Assembly: GCA_964655345.1 (NCBI GenBank)
Contig: CAZZMU010000001.1
Location: 1 to 35,979, forward strand
Length of the DNA: 35,979 nt
Source of the DNA: an uncultured Clavibacter sp.
GTDB taxonomy: Bacteria; Actinomycetota; Actinomycetes; Nanopelagicales; Nanopelagicaceae
Direction: 5' to 3'
This document shows, piece after piece, positions 9,777 to 19,466 of this stretch. How positions within the stretch are numbered: the stretch's first letter is position 1; every line of letters begins with the position of its first letter. A model generated the notes under the pieces. The model had not been told where the DNA came from. It worked only from the letters and a program-made list of their open reading frames with translations, and ran no database searches. The position numbers and the translations under genes are program-made.

Positions 9777-11133
9777 TCTTCTCCTTTACCGCCTGCGCAA
9801 AAAAATCTCCGCGTTCGGCATAATTTTTAAATTGATCCATGGAAGCACAGGCCGGAGCAAGGAGAACTACATCTCCCGATTTTGCTTGCAAGTGAGCTAA
9901 AGACACTGCACGGCGCATAACTTCAATTCCCTTTAATCCAGGATCAATTGACGCAATTTGAATTTCAGGTGCGTACTTGCGCAAGGCGGTCTCGATTATG
10001 TGGGCATCAGTACCAATCAATATTGCGACTTTAATCCGTCCCTTGCATCGCTCTATCAATTCATCCATGGAAGCGCCTTTTGCAAGACCGCCTGCAATCC
10101 AGATCGAAGAAAGCTGTGATTGAAGCGCGGCCATTGCGGCATGTGGATTTGTGGCTTTGGAATCATCAATCCAAGTGATTCCGTCTTTTTCTGCGACGAC
10201 TTCTAGTCGATGATGGTCGAGTTTGAAATTTTTGACAGCGTTAGTAATTGATTCTGAGGTAGCTCCAACCGATCGGGCCAGACCTGCAGCAGCCATTGCG
10301 TTTAAAAGGTTATGAGGGACTGCAGGTTTGATATCACTCAATTCAAAGAGCGCTTCGGCTTCATCCACGATGAAGGCACGATCCACCACGAGATTTTCAA
10401 CCAGACCAATCTGATGTGGCGCCGGAGTATTGAGCGAGAACCAGATAATCCGATGTGGGAGATTCGTGGATCTTGTAACAATTTCTGGATCATGGCTATT
10501 GAGTATTACCGACTTTGCTCGGTCTGTGATTTTGAACTTCGCCGCAGCATATTTTTCGAAGGTTTCATGCCAATCGATATGGTCTTCAGCAATATTCAAA
10601 ATTGCCACAGATTCGAATTCGGCTTCATTGCTCCATTCCAATTGAAATGAAGAGAGTTCGAGAATCAGAATTTCTGATTTTGTCTGAGTGACGGCTTCAA
10701 TGGCCGTAAATCCAACATTGCCGCATGCAGTCGCATCGAATCCAGATTCTCGGAGCATCGCTTCCGCCATTTGAACGGTGGTGGTCTTTCCGTTCGTACC
10801 GGTCAGGGCTAACCAGCGTTGATCAGGAGCCAACTCACATTTGGTTCGCCATGCAAGATCGATTTCACTGATAATTTCAATTCCATTGGAACGAACTTCG
10901 TCAATGAGTGGGTGATGGAGCTTCCATCCCGGCGACACGACAGCAAACGAGAAATTCATTAACTCTTGGTTGACGAGAGAATTAACTACTCCGGGTTCGC
11001 TCACTTTTTCATCTACAACTAGAACATCTACTCCGCGACTTCTTAAAAATTCAATCGTGGGCGCCCCTGTAACTCCCGCACCAAAAACTAGAACTTTCTT
11101 ACCTGGAAGAGATTGAATAAAAGAAGGGTTCAT
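9766..11133 (-). CDS. murD: UDP-N-acetylmuramoylalanine--D-glutamate ligase
   Basis: [11 protein letters not shown] Rossmann motif and [10 protein letters not shown]-loop. I prefer the internal ATG at 11133 (MNPSFIQSL...) because it makes an ATGA overlap with the mraY stop. The 22-codon Cys/Trp-rich extension to 11199 looks spurious. Confidence 0.9.
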   Translation of the reverse strand: MNPSFIQSLPGKKVLVFGAGVTGAPTIEFLRSRGVDVLVVDEKVSEPGVVNSLVNQELMNFSFAVVSPGWKLHHPLIDEVRSNGIEIISEIDLAWRTKCELAPDQRWLALTGTNGKTTTVQMAEAMLRESGFDATACGNVGFTAIEAVTQTKSEILILELSSFQLEWSNEAEFESVAILNIAEDHIDWHETFEKYAAAKFKITDRAKSVILNSHDPEIVTRSTNLPHRIIWFSLNTPAPHQIGLVENLVVDRAFIVDEAEALFELSDIKPAVPHNLLNAMAAAGLARSVGATSESITNAVKNFKLDHHRLEVVAEKDGITWIDDSKATNPHAAMAALQSQLSSIWIAGGLAKGASMDELIERCKGRIKVAILIGTDAHIIETALRKYAPEIQIASIDPGLKGIEVMRRAVSLAHLQAKSGDVVLLAPACASMDQFKNYAERGDFFAQAVKEKIGE

Positions 11134-12188
11134 GCAACCACCCATTGGGCATAGAAGAGGCCAAGGCCAGCGGCAACACAGAGTCCAGCAATGATCCAAA
11201 ACCTAATGACGATAGTAACTTCACCCCAACCAAGAAGTTCAAAATGATGTTGTAATGGCGCCATTTTGAATACTCGCTTACCGCCACTAATTTTGAAATA
11301 CGTAGTTTGAATAATCACAGATAATGTAATGATGACAAATAGGCCACCCAATGGAATCAGAAGCAGCTCAGTTCTAAGAGTCATTGCAAGTCCAGCAAGT
11401 CCTCCGCCTAATGCAAGTGAGCCAGTATCACCCATGAAGATTCGCGCGGGGGATGCATTCCACCAGAGGAATCCACCGCAAGCACCAGCGAGGGCCGCTG
11501 CCAGGACTGCGAGGTCGAGCGGATCACGAACTGTGTAACAGTTTGTTCCCGCAGCTACTTCGCAACGTTGGCCGAATTTCCAAACTCCAATCAACACAAA
11601 CGCAAGAAATGACATGACTGCAGCACCCGTAGCAAGCCCATCAAGTCCATCCGTGAGATTGACGCCATTGCTTGTTCCTAGCACCATGAAAATTGCCCAG
11701 ACTACAACCAGGACTATTCCTAATTTGATTGATGTATCGCGAACAGTAGAGAGATATTCCGACATAGGGGTCAGCCCCAAGTCATCGGGGAATCTAGTTG
11801 CAAGAACTCCGAATGCGCCAGCAACTAGCGCTTGTCCCAGAAGTTTTTCCCGAGCTCGTAAACCTAACGACCTTTGCTTCACTACTTTGAGCCAATCGTC
11901 GAGATAACCGACAAGTCCAAGTCCCACAATCAGACCAATAACAAGTAGTGCTGATGTCGTCATTACGACGCCCGTTACAAGATGAGAAACGAGATAACCA
12001 ATAATGGTCGCGAAAATCAGAACGATGCCGCCCATGGTTGGGGTGCCGCGTTTGACGTGGTGAGTTTTTGGCCCATCATCACGAATTTGTTGTCCATATC
12101 CGCGACGAGCTAGAAACTTGATGAATGCAGGAGTGGCTAAGAAACTGAAGAGAAAAGCGATTGCCCCCGAAATTAGTATCCCTCTCAT
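11130..12188 (-). CDS. mraY: phospho-N-acetylmuramoyl-pentapeptide transferase
   Basis: 352 aa, about 10 TM segments. Kx[20 protein letters not shown] and APLHHHFE-like ([12 protein letters not shown]) motifs. Confidence 0.95.
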   Translation of the reverse strand: MRGILISGAIAFLFSFLATPAFIKFLARRGYGQQIRDDGPKTHHVKRGTPTMGGIVLIFATIIGYLVSHLVTGVVMTTSALLVIGLIVGLGLVGYLDDWLKVVKQRSLGLRAREKLLGQALVAGAFGVLATRFPDDLGLTPMSEYLSTVRDTSIKLGIVLVVVWAIFMVLGTSNGVNLTDGLDGLATGAAVMSFLAFVLIGVWKFGQRCEVAAGTNCYTVRDPLDLAVLAAALAGACGGFLWWNASPARIFMGDTGSLALGGGLAGLAMTLRTELLLIPLGGLFVIITLSVIIQTTYFKISGGKRVFKMAPLQHHFELLGWGEVTIVIRFWIIAGLCVAAGLGLFYAQWVVA

Positions 12189-13567
12189 ATTCGCTCCCCT
12201 TCCTCGTTATTCCAGCGATCAATTATTGAGTCTGCCAATACTTCAAGATGTTCAGCGCGCGAGGCTTTCACCAAAATGACATCGCCAGCTTCTAATTCAT
12301 TTAAGAGAGGAAGTACTTCATTCACCGTCTCAAAATAGTGTGTGGTCATGTTTGTGTCAGGAAGTTGAGCTAGATATTGATCGTTTGCTATTGCCACAAG
12401 ATGATCTATTCCAAGCTCGGCCGACAGTGCGCCGATGTCACGATGCATTTGTGCTGAATCCGGACCCAGCTCGTGCATCGTTCCTAGAAAGGCCCATGAT
12501 CTTCCACCGCGCTCTTGGGTCAAGAGCACAACCGTGCGAAGTGCAGACTCCATGCTCTCCGGATTTGCGTTGTACGAATCATTGATGAGGAGCATCTCGC
12601 TGCCCTCGTGAATCTCCATACGCCATTTGTTGGCGCTCACATGTGTTGATAGCGCACTCGCGATACGAGTAGTTGAGACACCTAACGCGTGGGCAATTGC
12701 TGCAGCAGCAAGGGCATTTGAAACTTGATGAAGACCAATTACGCGTAGCTCCACGGGTTCGCGACTTTCTGGAGTAACTAGATCAAAGTGTGCAAAGCCA
12801 CCACGAAATTCGATATCTGCGGCCCTTACAGAACAATCATGAGTTTCGCCGAATGTAAGTCGATTTACACCTTGGGGAATTGGCATTTGTGGAGTGAATT
12901 TGTCGTAAGTGCCGAGGATGGCGATTGCACCAGGCTGCAGACCGGCAATTAATTCGCCTTTGGTGGCGGCAATCTTTTCTTGTGAACCAAATTCTCCGAT
13001 ATGCGCATTTCCAACCTTGAGAACCACTCCCACATCAGGCTTGGCAATGCGAGTGAGCGCAGCGATATCTCCTCCATGTCGGGCACCCATTTCAACAACG
13101 CAGAATTTTGTTTCATCTGTGCAGCGTAAAAGCGTCAGTGGCACGCCGAGATCGTTATTAAACGATCCTTTCGCCGCAACGGTTTTTCCTTCATTGGCCA
13201 AAATCGAATTCACCATGTCTTTGGTAGTAGTTTTTCCTTGAGACCCAGTGATGCCTATAACTTTTAATCCCGTGAGATTTCCGCGGACATAAGCTGCGAA
13301 CTTGCCAATCGCCTTCAATACATCGTCGACAATGATGTATGGGACATTGACTTGTTTTGTTGCAATGGCCAGTACTGCACCGCGATTAAAAGCATCATCG
13401 ACAAAATCGTGGCCATCGACGGATTCTCCTTTAAGGGCCAAGAAAACGTCACCTTTCTTAATCGCTCTTGAATCAAATTGAAATTCAGTACTTACCGTCA
13501 TTTCTGCAGAACCATACAAAGTTCCACCCATAATGGAGGCTAATTCATTGGCTGAAATCTGAATCAT
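12185..13567 (-). CDS. murF: UDP-N-acetylmuramoyl-tripeptide--D-alanyl-D-alanine ligase
   Basis: 460 aa. [15 protein letters not shown]-loop, [11 protein letters not shown]. Position between murE and mraY. Confidence 0.9.
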   Translation of the reverse strand: MIQISANELASIMGGTLYGSAEMTVSTEFQFDSRAIKKGDVFLALKGESVDGHDFVDDAFNRGAVLAIATKQVNVPYIIVDDVLKAIGKFAAYVRGNLTGLKVIGITGSQGKTTTKDMVNSILANEGKTVAAKGSFNNDLGVPLTLLRCTDETKFCVVEMGARHGGDIAALTRIAKPDVGVVLKVGNAHIGEFGSQEKIAATKGELIAGLQPGAIAILGTYDKFTPQMPIPQGVNRLTFGETHDCSVRAADIEFRGGFAHFDLVTPESREPVELRVIGLHQVSNALAAAAIAHALGVSTTRIASALSTHVSANKWRMEIHEGSEMLLINDSYNANPESMESALRTVVLLTQERGGRSWAFLGTMHELGPDSAQMHRDIGALSAELGIDHLVAIANDQYLAQLPDTNMTTHYFETVNEVLPLLNELEAGDVILVKASRAEHLEVLADSIIDRWNNEEGERI

Positions 13568-15066
13568 GTAAGTGCCTCAATCGCGCGTTCGAGCTCATCG
13601 CGATCATCAAAGGGATATTTCTCCCCTTTAATTTCTTGACCAGTCTCATGGCCTTTTCCAAGTACCACGACGATATCTCCCGCATTCGCACTAGCGATTG
13701 CCGTCGCAATAGCTTCACGTCGATCGGCAATCACCATGGCGGTATCGTCAAGAACAATTCCTTCAGTCATTTCCTTCAGAATCAGCCCAGGATCCTCATC
13801 TCTGGGATTGTCACTTGTGAAAATTGCGATATCACAACCATTTCGGAGCGCTTTTCCCATCAATGGGCGTTTGCCAGCATCACGATTTCCGCCACAACCT
13901 AAAACGCCTATTACTCGCCCGCTTTCTTGCGTTAAAGAATTCAAAACCCGATTAACTGCATCAGGTGTATGGGCATAGTCAACGAGAACTGAAAAGTCTT
14001 GGCCACGATCAATTTTTTCCACTCTTCCTGGGGCGCCCTTAAGAATCTTAAGCGCATTTCCAATAACTATCGGATCCACTCCGCTATGAAACGCGAGCGA
14101 GACTGCCAAAAGTAAATTCTCAACATTGTGCTCACCTAAGAGATTGAAGTGACCTTCAATCAAAATGCCATTCTCGCCACGGATAGACAAGTCCCAACCC
14201 AGTTTTGTACTTGTCATTGACTCGCAATACCAGGTTGCTTTTTTATTTCGCAATGAGATCGTGGAGGTTGGAATAGCGATTTCTTCAGATAAACGCTTGC
14301 CATATTCATTATCGATATTAATAAATGCGCTTTCGGATAATTGAGTTTCGAAAAGCTGGCGTTTAGCCTGGTAGTAATTCTCCATCGAGCCATGGAAATC
14401 AAGATGATCTTGACTCAGATTAGTAAAGCCTGCCGCTGAAAATCTGACTCCGTCGACTCTATGTTGGTTAAGTGCATGGCTACTTACTTCCATTGTGGCA
14501 CAGCGAATGTGTCTTTCTGACATTACCGATAAGACGTTATGCACTACATCAGATTCAGGAGTCGTTCGTTGCGCAGGATAAAAGTCTTCACCAATCGTTA
14601 TGCCTATAGTCCCCATCAAGCCCGATTCGATCCGCGCAAATTGCCAGATTTGGTGGAGTAAATATGTCGTCGTTGTCTTGCCATTTGTTCCAGTTATTCC
14701 GGCCAAGTACATCTGTCGACTCGGTGAGGAATGGAACCAGTCAGCTAAATAGCCGCTCTGGGAGCGCGGATTCGGAACTACTAACACGGGGATTGCAGAA
14801 TCACGAACGGAGGAAAGTTCGCTTCCTGCGATGTCAGTGAGAACCGCCCTCGCACCACGCTCCACAGCGGATGTAAGGAATGCGCCTCCATGAGATTTCT
14901 CTCCCGGAAGTGCAATGAAAAGATCGCCATTTTCGATGTCATGTGAGTTACTACATAATCCAGATATTTCAATCAACTCAGCAACGTTCTTGATTTCTGC
15001 ACCTAGAAATGCCGCGATCTCGCCTAATGTCTTGATATTAGGTTCGTATCGCCGCACTTCAGTCAT
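13564..15066 (-). CDS. murE: UDP-N-acetylmuramoyl-L-alanyl-D-glutamate--2,6-diaminopimelate (or L-Lys) ligase
   Basis: [15 protein letters not shown]-loop, DYAHTPDA, and a GGNRD-containing segment (GCGGNRDAGKRP). Start chosen at ATG 15066 (MTEVRRYE...), an 8-nt overlap with ftsI. The alternative start is 15111. Confidence 0.88.
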   Translation of the reverse strand: MTEVRRYEPNIKTLGEIAAFLGAEIKNVAELIEISGLCSNSHDIENGDLFIALPGEKSHGGAFLTSAVERGARAVLTDIAGSELSSVRDSAIPVLVVPNPRSQSGYLADWFHSSPSRQMYLAGITGTNGKTTTTYLLHQIWQFARIESGLMGTIGITIGEDFYPAQRTTPESDVVHNVLSVMSERHIRCATMEVSSHALNQHRVDGVRFSAAGFTNLSQDHLDFHGSMENYYQAKRQLFETQLSESAFINIDNEYGKRLSEEIAIPTSTISLRNKKATWYCESMTSTKLGWDLSIRGENGILIEGHFNLLGEHNVENLLLAVSLAFHSGVDPIVIGNALKILKGAPGRVEKIDRGQDFSVLVDYAHTPDAVNRVLNSLTQESGRVIGVLGCGGNRDAGKRPLMGKALRNGCDIAIFTSDNPRDEDPGLILKEMTEGIVLDDTAMVIADRREAIATAIASANAGDIVVVLGKGHETGQEIKGEKYPFDDRDELERAIEALT

Positions 15067-16903
15067 TATTCTGAACTCGACTCTGATTTGTTGTCTTTGA
15101 CTTTGCAGCATCTTGTGCTGCCATTTTCGCCTTCAAATCCTTTTCATTTAATGCATAAGTAAACTCGGCTGGCTTGGTTGGTGCGATGTGCTGGTCTTTC
15201 AATACAAAACTCATTACTTTCTTGAAGACTGGTCCGCCAAGATATCCACCCCAGTGAAGGCCTTTGGGATCTTGGATCGTTACTGAAACCACAAATTCAG
15301 GTTTGTCAGCTGGTGCAAAACCAATAAATGATGCTGTGTAGCCACGGTAACAGCCACATGAATCGTTATGACGTTGTGCTGTTCCCGTTTTTCCAGCAAC
15401 GCGATAACCAGGAATTGCCGCGGCCGGAGCGGTACCGGATGCTGACACAACGCTCTCCATCATCAATCGCATCTTTTGAGCAGTATCTGCGCTAATAACC
15501 CGCACTGACTTCTGTTTATTTGCTGGGGTATATCGACCGGCGGCATCGCTTACACCCGCGATAACGGTGGGAGTAACCCTCACTCCATCATTTGCGATGG
15601 TTGCAAAGACTGATGTCGCTTGTAGGGCAGTCAATGAATAACCTTGACCGAATGCCACTGTTGGAGCGGTAGTCCCCGACCATTGGCTAACATCGAGAAG
15701 CTTTCCGGTTTCTTCACCTGGTAATCCAGAGCCTGGTTTTTCAGCAATTCCAAATTTCTTTAAGTACGAGTGAAGTTTGTCGTTGGAGAGCATCTCGCCA
15801 ACTTTTATAGCACCGGTATTGCTCGATACTGCAAGCGCTCCAGCAAGTGTGAGCTTTTGAACTGGATGCGGTTCGTGATCATGGAAAACCTTGTTGGATC
15901 TCTTCAATTTGTAGGGAATTGTCATGACAGTTTCCGGGGCAATTTTTCCTTCTTCAATCGCGGATGCAATCGTGATTATTTTTCCTGTTGAGCCAGGCTC
16001 GTACACCTCTTGAACTGAAGGGTTCTTCCATCGATACGGATCTACACCTTTTGTGTTTCCCGGCTCGAAAGAGGGATATGAGGCATGAGCCAGAATCTCG
16101 CCAGTTTTAGGGTTCATAACAACAACAGTTCCCGAAAGTGCGCGAGAACTCTTCACCACAGTTCTAATTGCTTCTTGCGCCACCCATTGCACATCACGAT
16201 CGATTGTCAAACGAATAGTGTTTCCGCGAATTGCTTCCGATGTGATTTTTTGTGTTCCAGGGATAATCGTTCCAGCCGCATTTGCATAGGTGTATTCGCC
16301 ATTTACTCCAGCCAGGGTGGAATTCATGCTGTATTCCAAGCCCGCCGCACCTAAACCTGCACGATTGATAAAGCCCACCACTGCCGCACCCAATTCACCT
16401 TCGGGATATTCGCGAATATAAATTCGTTCTGCGAAGAATCCAGCCAGACGTTTAACAAAGCCATTCTTCTCTTCAGAGACGGCTGCGTTGTATTGATCGA
16501 TTGCTGATTCAAGTTTGCGCCAAACATCTGGTTTCACAGACTGACTTATGACGACATATCGACGAGTTCCAGTTAATTCTCTCTCGAGAGTGCTGGCGTT
16601 CATTCCAAGAATTGGGGCTGCAAGTTCGGCCAACTTCTTCGGGTAATCAATAATCGCCTGGTCGGCCAGAATTCGATAAGCAGTCACGCTACGAGCAAAT
16701 TCCACACCGTTGATATCTGTAATCGCGCCCCGTGGAGCCATAATGATGGATTTCTTTGCTAATTCCATATCTGCGCGGTTTGCGTAGCCGGCTGCTCGAA
16801 CCGCTTGAACATCAACGAGGCGGACCGCGAAAGCGATAAGAAGTACCAGGGATATGGCAACGACATAACGGATTCGACGCTCTACAAGTGAGTAGTGGCT
16901 CAT
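15059..16903 (-). CDS. ftsI: class B penicillin-binding protein / septal transpeptidase FtsI
   Basis: 614 aa. N-terminal TM segment, then the transpeptidase motifs STGK (EPGSTGKIIT), SSN (AVSSNTG) and KTGT (AGKTGTAQ). Confidence 0.9.
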   Translation of the reverse strand: MSHYSLVERRIRYVVAISLVLLIAFAVRLVDVQAVRAAGYANRADMELAKKSIIMAPRGAITDINGVEFARSVTAYRILADQAIIDYPKKLAELAAPILGMNASTLERELTGTRRYVVISQSVKPDVWRKLESAIDQYNAAVSEEKNGFVKRLAGFFAERIYIREYPEGELGAAVVGFINRAGLGAAGLEYSMNSTLAGVNGEYTYANAAGTIIPGTQKITSEAIRGNTIRLTIDRDVQWVAQEAIRTVVKSSRALSGTVVVMNPKTGEILAHASYPSFEPGNTKGVDPYRWKNPSVQEVYEPGSTGKIITIASAIEEGKIAPETVMTIPYKLKRSNKVFHDHEPHPVQKLTLAGALAVSSNTGAIKVGEMLSNDKLHSYLKKFGIAEKPGSGLPGEETGKLLDVSQWSGTTAPTVAFGQGYSLTALQATSVFATIANDGVRVTPTVIAGVSDAAGRYTPANKQKSVRVISADTAQKMRLMMESVVSASGTAPAAAIPGYRVAGKTGTAQRHNDSCGCYRGYTASFIGFAPADKPEFVVSVTIQDPKGLHWGGYLGGPVFKKVMSFVLKDQHIAPTKPAEFTYALNEKDLKAKMAAQDAAKSKTTNQSRVQNND

Positions 16904-17316
16904 GGTGTGACCTTTTCTGGAGCGTCGGCGTTAACTGAAGGTGAGATATCAAGGAATGTTGGTGTGCCGCTAGGAACCATGCCTAGAGAAATAGCTCGCG
17001 CGGCGAGGGCTTCAGAAGTGGATAAGCGTGCAACTTCGCGCAGCGCGGCTTCCCGGTCTTCGTTAATTGCGATGGCCTCAAGTTTAAGTTCGCGAATTCG
17101 CACTGCATCATTTCCAAGAAGGATGTTAATGCCGAGCAAACCAAGCAATCCGGTAATTAAGATCGCTGCAAGAACTCCATAGAACACGTTATCTGTTGCT
17201 TGTTGCCCAGCGACTGGTCGAAGTTCGGGCACAAGTTTGAGTACAACTTGGGAAGATTTCTTGACAACTGCCTTACGCGAACGTTCAAAGGCTGGTGCGA
17301 GAGCTGATAGCGCCAT
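16900..17316 (-). CDS. ftsL: FtsL-like septation membrane protein
   Basis: 138 aa. Single TM segment (VFYGVLAAILITGLLGLLGINILLG) followed by a helical segment (IRELKLEAIAINEDREAALREVARL). Sits between rsmH and ftsI with overlaps at both ends. Called by position and topology only. Confidence 0.55.
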   Translation of the reverse strand: MALSALAPAFERSRKAVVKKSSQVVLKLVPELRPVAGQQATDNVFYGVLAAILITGLLGLLGINILLGNDAVRIRELKLEAIAINEDREAALREVARLSTSEALAARAISLGMVPSGTPTFLDISPSVNADAPEKVTP

Positions 17317-18263
17317 TAGATTGCCACCCGCTCTATCGCACGCAGTCTGACGGATTGGGAACGTGAATTTTCTTCGATTTCATTCGGTGTTGCTTTTTCG
17401 CTGCCACGGAAAACTAATTGAAACTTCGCCGCTAATTCAGCAATCTCGATTGGTAGATCACGGGGTGTACGAGACTGCGTCGCAGCAGCAAAGAATTTCT
17501 TTACGATCTTGTCTTCAAGTGATTGGAAGGACATCACAACCATCCGACCACCAATCGCAAGACGTTCCATAGCACGAGGAATCGCTCTTTCAAGAACAGC
17601 TAATTCTTGATTCACTTCAATTCGCAGCGCCTGAAATGTGCGCTTTGCAGGATTTCCGCCAACGCGACGAGTAGCTGCAGGAATGCTTCTTTTTACGAGT
17701 TCTGCAAGATCCGAGGTATTTTTAAGTGCACCGGAATTTCGAGCTTCGATAATGTTGTCGACGATTCGGGTCGCAAATCTTTCCTCGCCATATTCACGAA
17801 TCACTCTTACTAAGTCATTTCGCGAGTATGAGTCCAGCACATCTTGCGCTGTCATTCCTTGTGACTGGTCCATTCTCATATCCAGCGGCGCGCTGTGAGA
17901 GTAGGAAAAACCACGCTCTGATTGATCAAGCTGTAGAGATGAAACTCCGAGATCGAAAAGGATTCCATCAACAAAAGTCAGACCGAGCTTGTCGAGAACT
18001 GAAGGCATCTCGTCATAAATTGCGTGAATAATTGTGACCCGATTGTGGAATATGTTCAGACGATCTTGAGCTTTGGAAATCGCACTTTGGTCGCGATCAA
18101 GACCGACGATTCTTAATTGAGGAAACTTCTCAAGGAGTGCGTAGGAGTGGCCGCCTAATCCAAGAGTGGCATCAACGACGACAGGTGAAGAAGATTTTTC
18201 AATTGCTGGAGCAAGAAGCGTGATGCAGCGATCTAACATCACAGATGTGTGCTCCGCCTTCAT
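17316..18263 (-). CDS. rsmH: 16S rRNA (cytosine1402-N4)-methyltransferase
   Basis: HTSVMLDR..., DATLGLGGHS and FDLGVSSLQLD motifs. Start set at ATG 18263 (MKAEHTSV), which is preceded by the strong SD GAAGGAGGGGAAG. The ORF-track start at 18278 is a TTG inside that SD. Confidence 0.92.
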   Translation of the reverse strand: MKAEHTSVMLDRCITLLAPAIEKSSSPVVVDATLGLGGHSYALLEKFPQLRIVGLDRDQSAISKAQDRLNIFHNRVTIIHAIYDEMPSVLDKLGLTFVDGILFDLGVSSLQLDQSERGFSYSHSAPLDMRMDQSQGMTAQDVLDSYSRNDLVRVIREYGEERFATRIVDNIIEARNSGALKNTSDLAELVKRSIPAATRRVGGNPAKRTFQALRIEVNQELAVLERAIPRAMERLAIGGRMVVMSFQSLEDKIVKKFFAAATQSRTPRDLPIEIAELAAKFQLVFRGSEKATPNEIEENSRSQSVRLRAIERVAI

Positions 18264-18316
18264 CTTCCCCTCCTTCAACTTTCTCGTTATTTCTTAGTAA
18301 CTTCCTTTTTAACTTT

Positions 18317-18418
18317 CTCTCTCCTCTGGTCACCGCCGGCCGACGGATCTGGGGGGTTAAACGGCGCCGGGGAAGGGGCGTCGCTTAGTTGAAGGTCGGC
18401 GGTGGCCACAAGAGAGAT
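18317..18418 (-). promoter_or_regulatory. GC-rich structured RNA leader between mraZ and rsmH (possibly the actinobacterial mraW RNA motif)
   Basis: Outer arms 18328-18337 (ggtcaccgcc) and 18398-18407 (ggcggtggcc) pair with one mismatch and are extended by CU/AG runs. Inner hairpin 18361-18384 is acggcgcc/ggcgtcgc with an 8-nt loop. GC content is clearly above the surroundings. Confidence 0.4.
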
Positions 18419-18424
18419 CTGCCC

Positions 18425-18856
18425 CTAGAAGAGGCCTGGAAATACCTCCTCAGAAACATCGGCAAATCCTTTTTCACGATCTTTGAGGTAGCTCTTCCAC
18501 GCTTTGGAATCCCAGATTTCAACGCGAGTATTTGCACCAATAACAACGCATTCTTTTTCGAGATCTGCATATTCACGTAATCCACTTGGAATTGTGACGC
18601 GACCTTGTTTATCTGGAATTTCGTCATGCGCACCGGCAAACATCACACGCATGTAATCGCGAGCTGCTTTTGCAGTGAGTGGCGCTTGTTTTAACTGCTC
18701 TGTGATGCGAGCAAATTCAGTTGTTGGAAAAACAAAGAGACAACGTTCTTGTCCTTTTGTAATTACTAATCCTGATGCCAATTCATCACGGAATTTCGCG
18801 GGAAGAATCAATCGACCTTTGTCATCAAGACGAGGTTCATGGGTGCCAAGAAACAT
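18425..18856 (-). CDS. mraZ: transcriptional regulator MraZ
   Basis: [26 protein letters not shown] and a second DKQGRVTIP repeat (two SpoVT/AbrB-like halves). ATG 18856 is preceded by the GGGGAGG SD. The ORF-track start at 18880 is an upstream TTG. Confidence 0.92.
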   Translation of the reverse strand: MFLGTHEPRLDDKGRLILPAKFRDELASGLVITKGQERCLFVFPTTEFARITEQLKQAPLTAKAARDYMRVMFAGAHDEIPDKQGRVTIPSGLREYADLEKECVVIGANTRVEIWDSKAWKSYLKDREKGFADVSEEVFPGLF

Positions 18857-18883
18857 GTGAACCTCCCCGTCTTGCCTCAAACC

Positions 18884-18901
18884 GCAGAACCCCCGTTCTG
18901 C
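18884..18901 (-). promoter_or_regulatory. perfect 7-bp inverted repeat GCAGAAC-N4-GTTCTGC in the mraZ leader (GAAC-N4-GTTC core)
   Basis: Read directly: gcagaac(18884-18890) cccc gttctgc(18895-18901), 28-45 nt upstream of the mraZ ATG. Confidence 0.35.
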
Positions 18902-18904
18902 TTA

Positions 18905-18954
18905 ATTCCCCACTTTACTCCCTTTTACTCCATTTTCAACCACCCTACTCCATC
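18905..18954 (-). promoter_or_regulatory. five phased TGGNG-type direct repeats (candidate MraZ operator)
   Basis: The minus strand reads GATGGAGTAG GGTGGTTGAA AATGGAGTAA AAGGGAGTAA AGTGGGGAAT. Positions 3-7 of each 10-mer are TGGAG/TGGTT/TGGAG/GGGAG/TGGGG. Confidence 0.45.
18912..18939 (-). promoter_or_regulatory. candidate sigma-A promoter of mraZ/dcw (TTGAAA-N16-TAAAGT)
   Basis: Minus strand: TTGAAA at 18939..18934 and TAAAGT at 18917..18912. It is embedded in the repeat array. Sequence match only. Confidence 0.3.
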
Positions 18955-19002
18955 ATGACGCGGGGGCCCAAGGCGTTCTCTCCACTGCCTGATTTGGGGC
19001 AT

Positions 19003-19026
19003 AAAAAAACCCGCCACGAAGGCGGG
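19003..19026 (-). terminator. rho-independent terminator after the DUF3040 gene
   Basis: Minus strand: CCCGCC-TTCGT-GGCGGG followed by TTTTTTT (plus-strand A-run 19003-19009). It starts 19 nt after the stop at 19045. Confidence 0.75.
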
Positions 19027-19044
19027 TAGAAAGTGAGGACTTAC

Positions 19045-19410
19045 TTATTCATCAAGGTTGCGTCGATCCCAACGCTCTTCAAATCGGGCGCTCCACTTCG
19101 AACCACCCTTAGGGGCGCGAGGTGCGGTCGCCTTGGAGACCATCCCATTCATCAAGCCACCGAGATTGGAGATAGCCAAGACCGCTCCAACCAGCGAGAG
19201 GATGAAGCCTGCAATTCCCAATGGTGGCGTCTGGGAGATCAATCCGCCGAAGAGAACAAAGATTCCAATGACGATGAGGCCAAAACCCGCAACGACTCGG
19301 GAACGACTGGGGGTCTTGCCGCTAAACGTCGAAATGAGGCGGGGGTCATCGGCTGCAAGAGCTTCTTCCATCTCCGCCAAGAGACGTTTTTCGTGCTCAG
19401 AAAGTGGCAT
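19045..19410 (-). CDS. DUF3040 family membrane protein
   Basis: MPLSEHEKRLLAEMEEALAADDPRLIS followed by two TM segments, the hallmark DUF3040 layout. It sits in the slot upstream of mraZ, as in many Actinobacteria. The start could also be GTG 19419. Confidence 0.75.
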   Translation of the reverse strand: MPLSEHEKRLLAEMEEALAADDPRLISTFSGKTPSRSRVVAGFGLIVIGIFVLFGGLISQTPPLGIAGFILSLVGAVLAISNLGGLMNGMVSKATAPRAPKGGSKWSARFEERWDRRNLDE

Positions 19411-19466
19411 GGCGCCCACAATAGTAGAGCGACGGAATTGTGGAAAGTCGAATCGGGGTGAAGAAA

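Noticed and set aside
11134-11199. Upstream extension of murD ([22 protein letters not shown]...); similar extensions of murE (15067-15111), dinB (20670-20753), mraZ, rsmH, arsC and doxX
   Set aside because: The extensions overlap the upstream genes and have implausible composition. The internal starts give canonical N-termini, SD sequences or ATGA/short overlaps.
19416-19443. 7-bp inverted repeat CCACAAT-N14-ATTGTGG between dinB and the DUF3040 gene
   Set aside because: It is short, has a large loop, overlaps the ambiguous start region, and has no T-run. I cannot distinguish it from chance.
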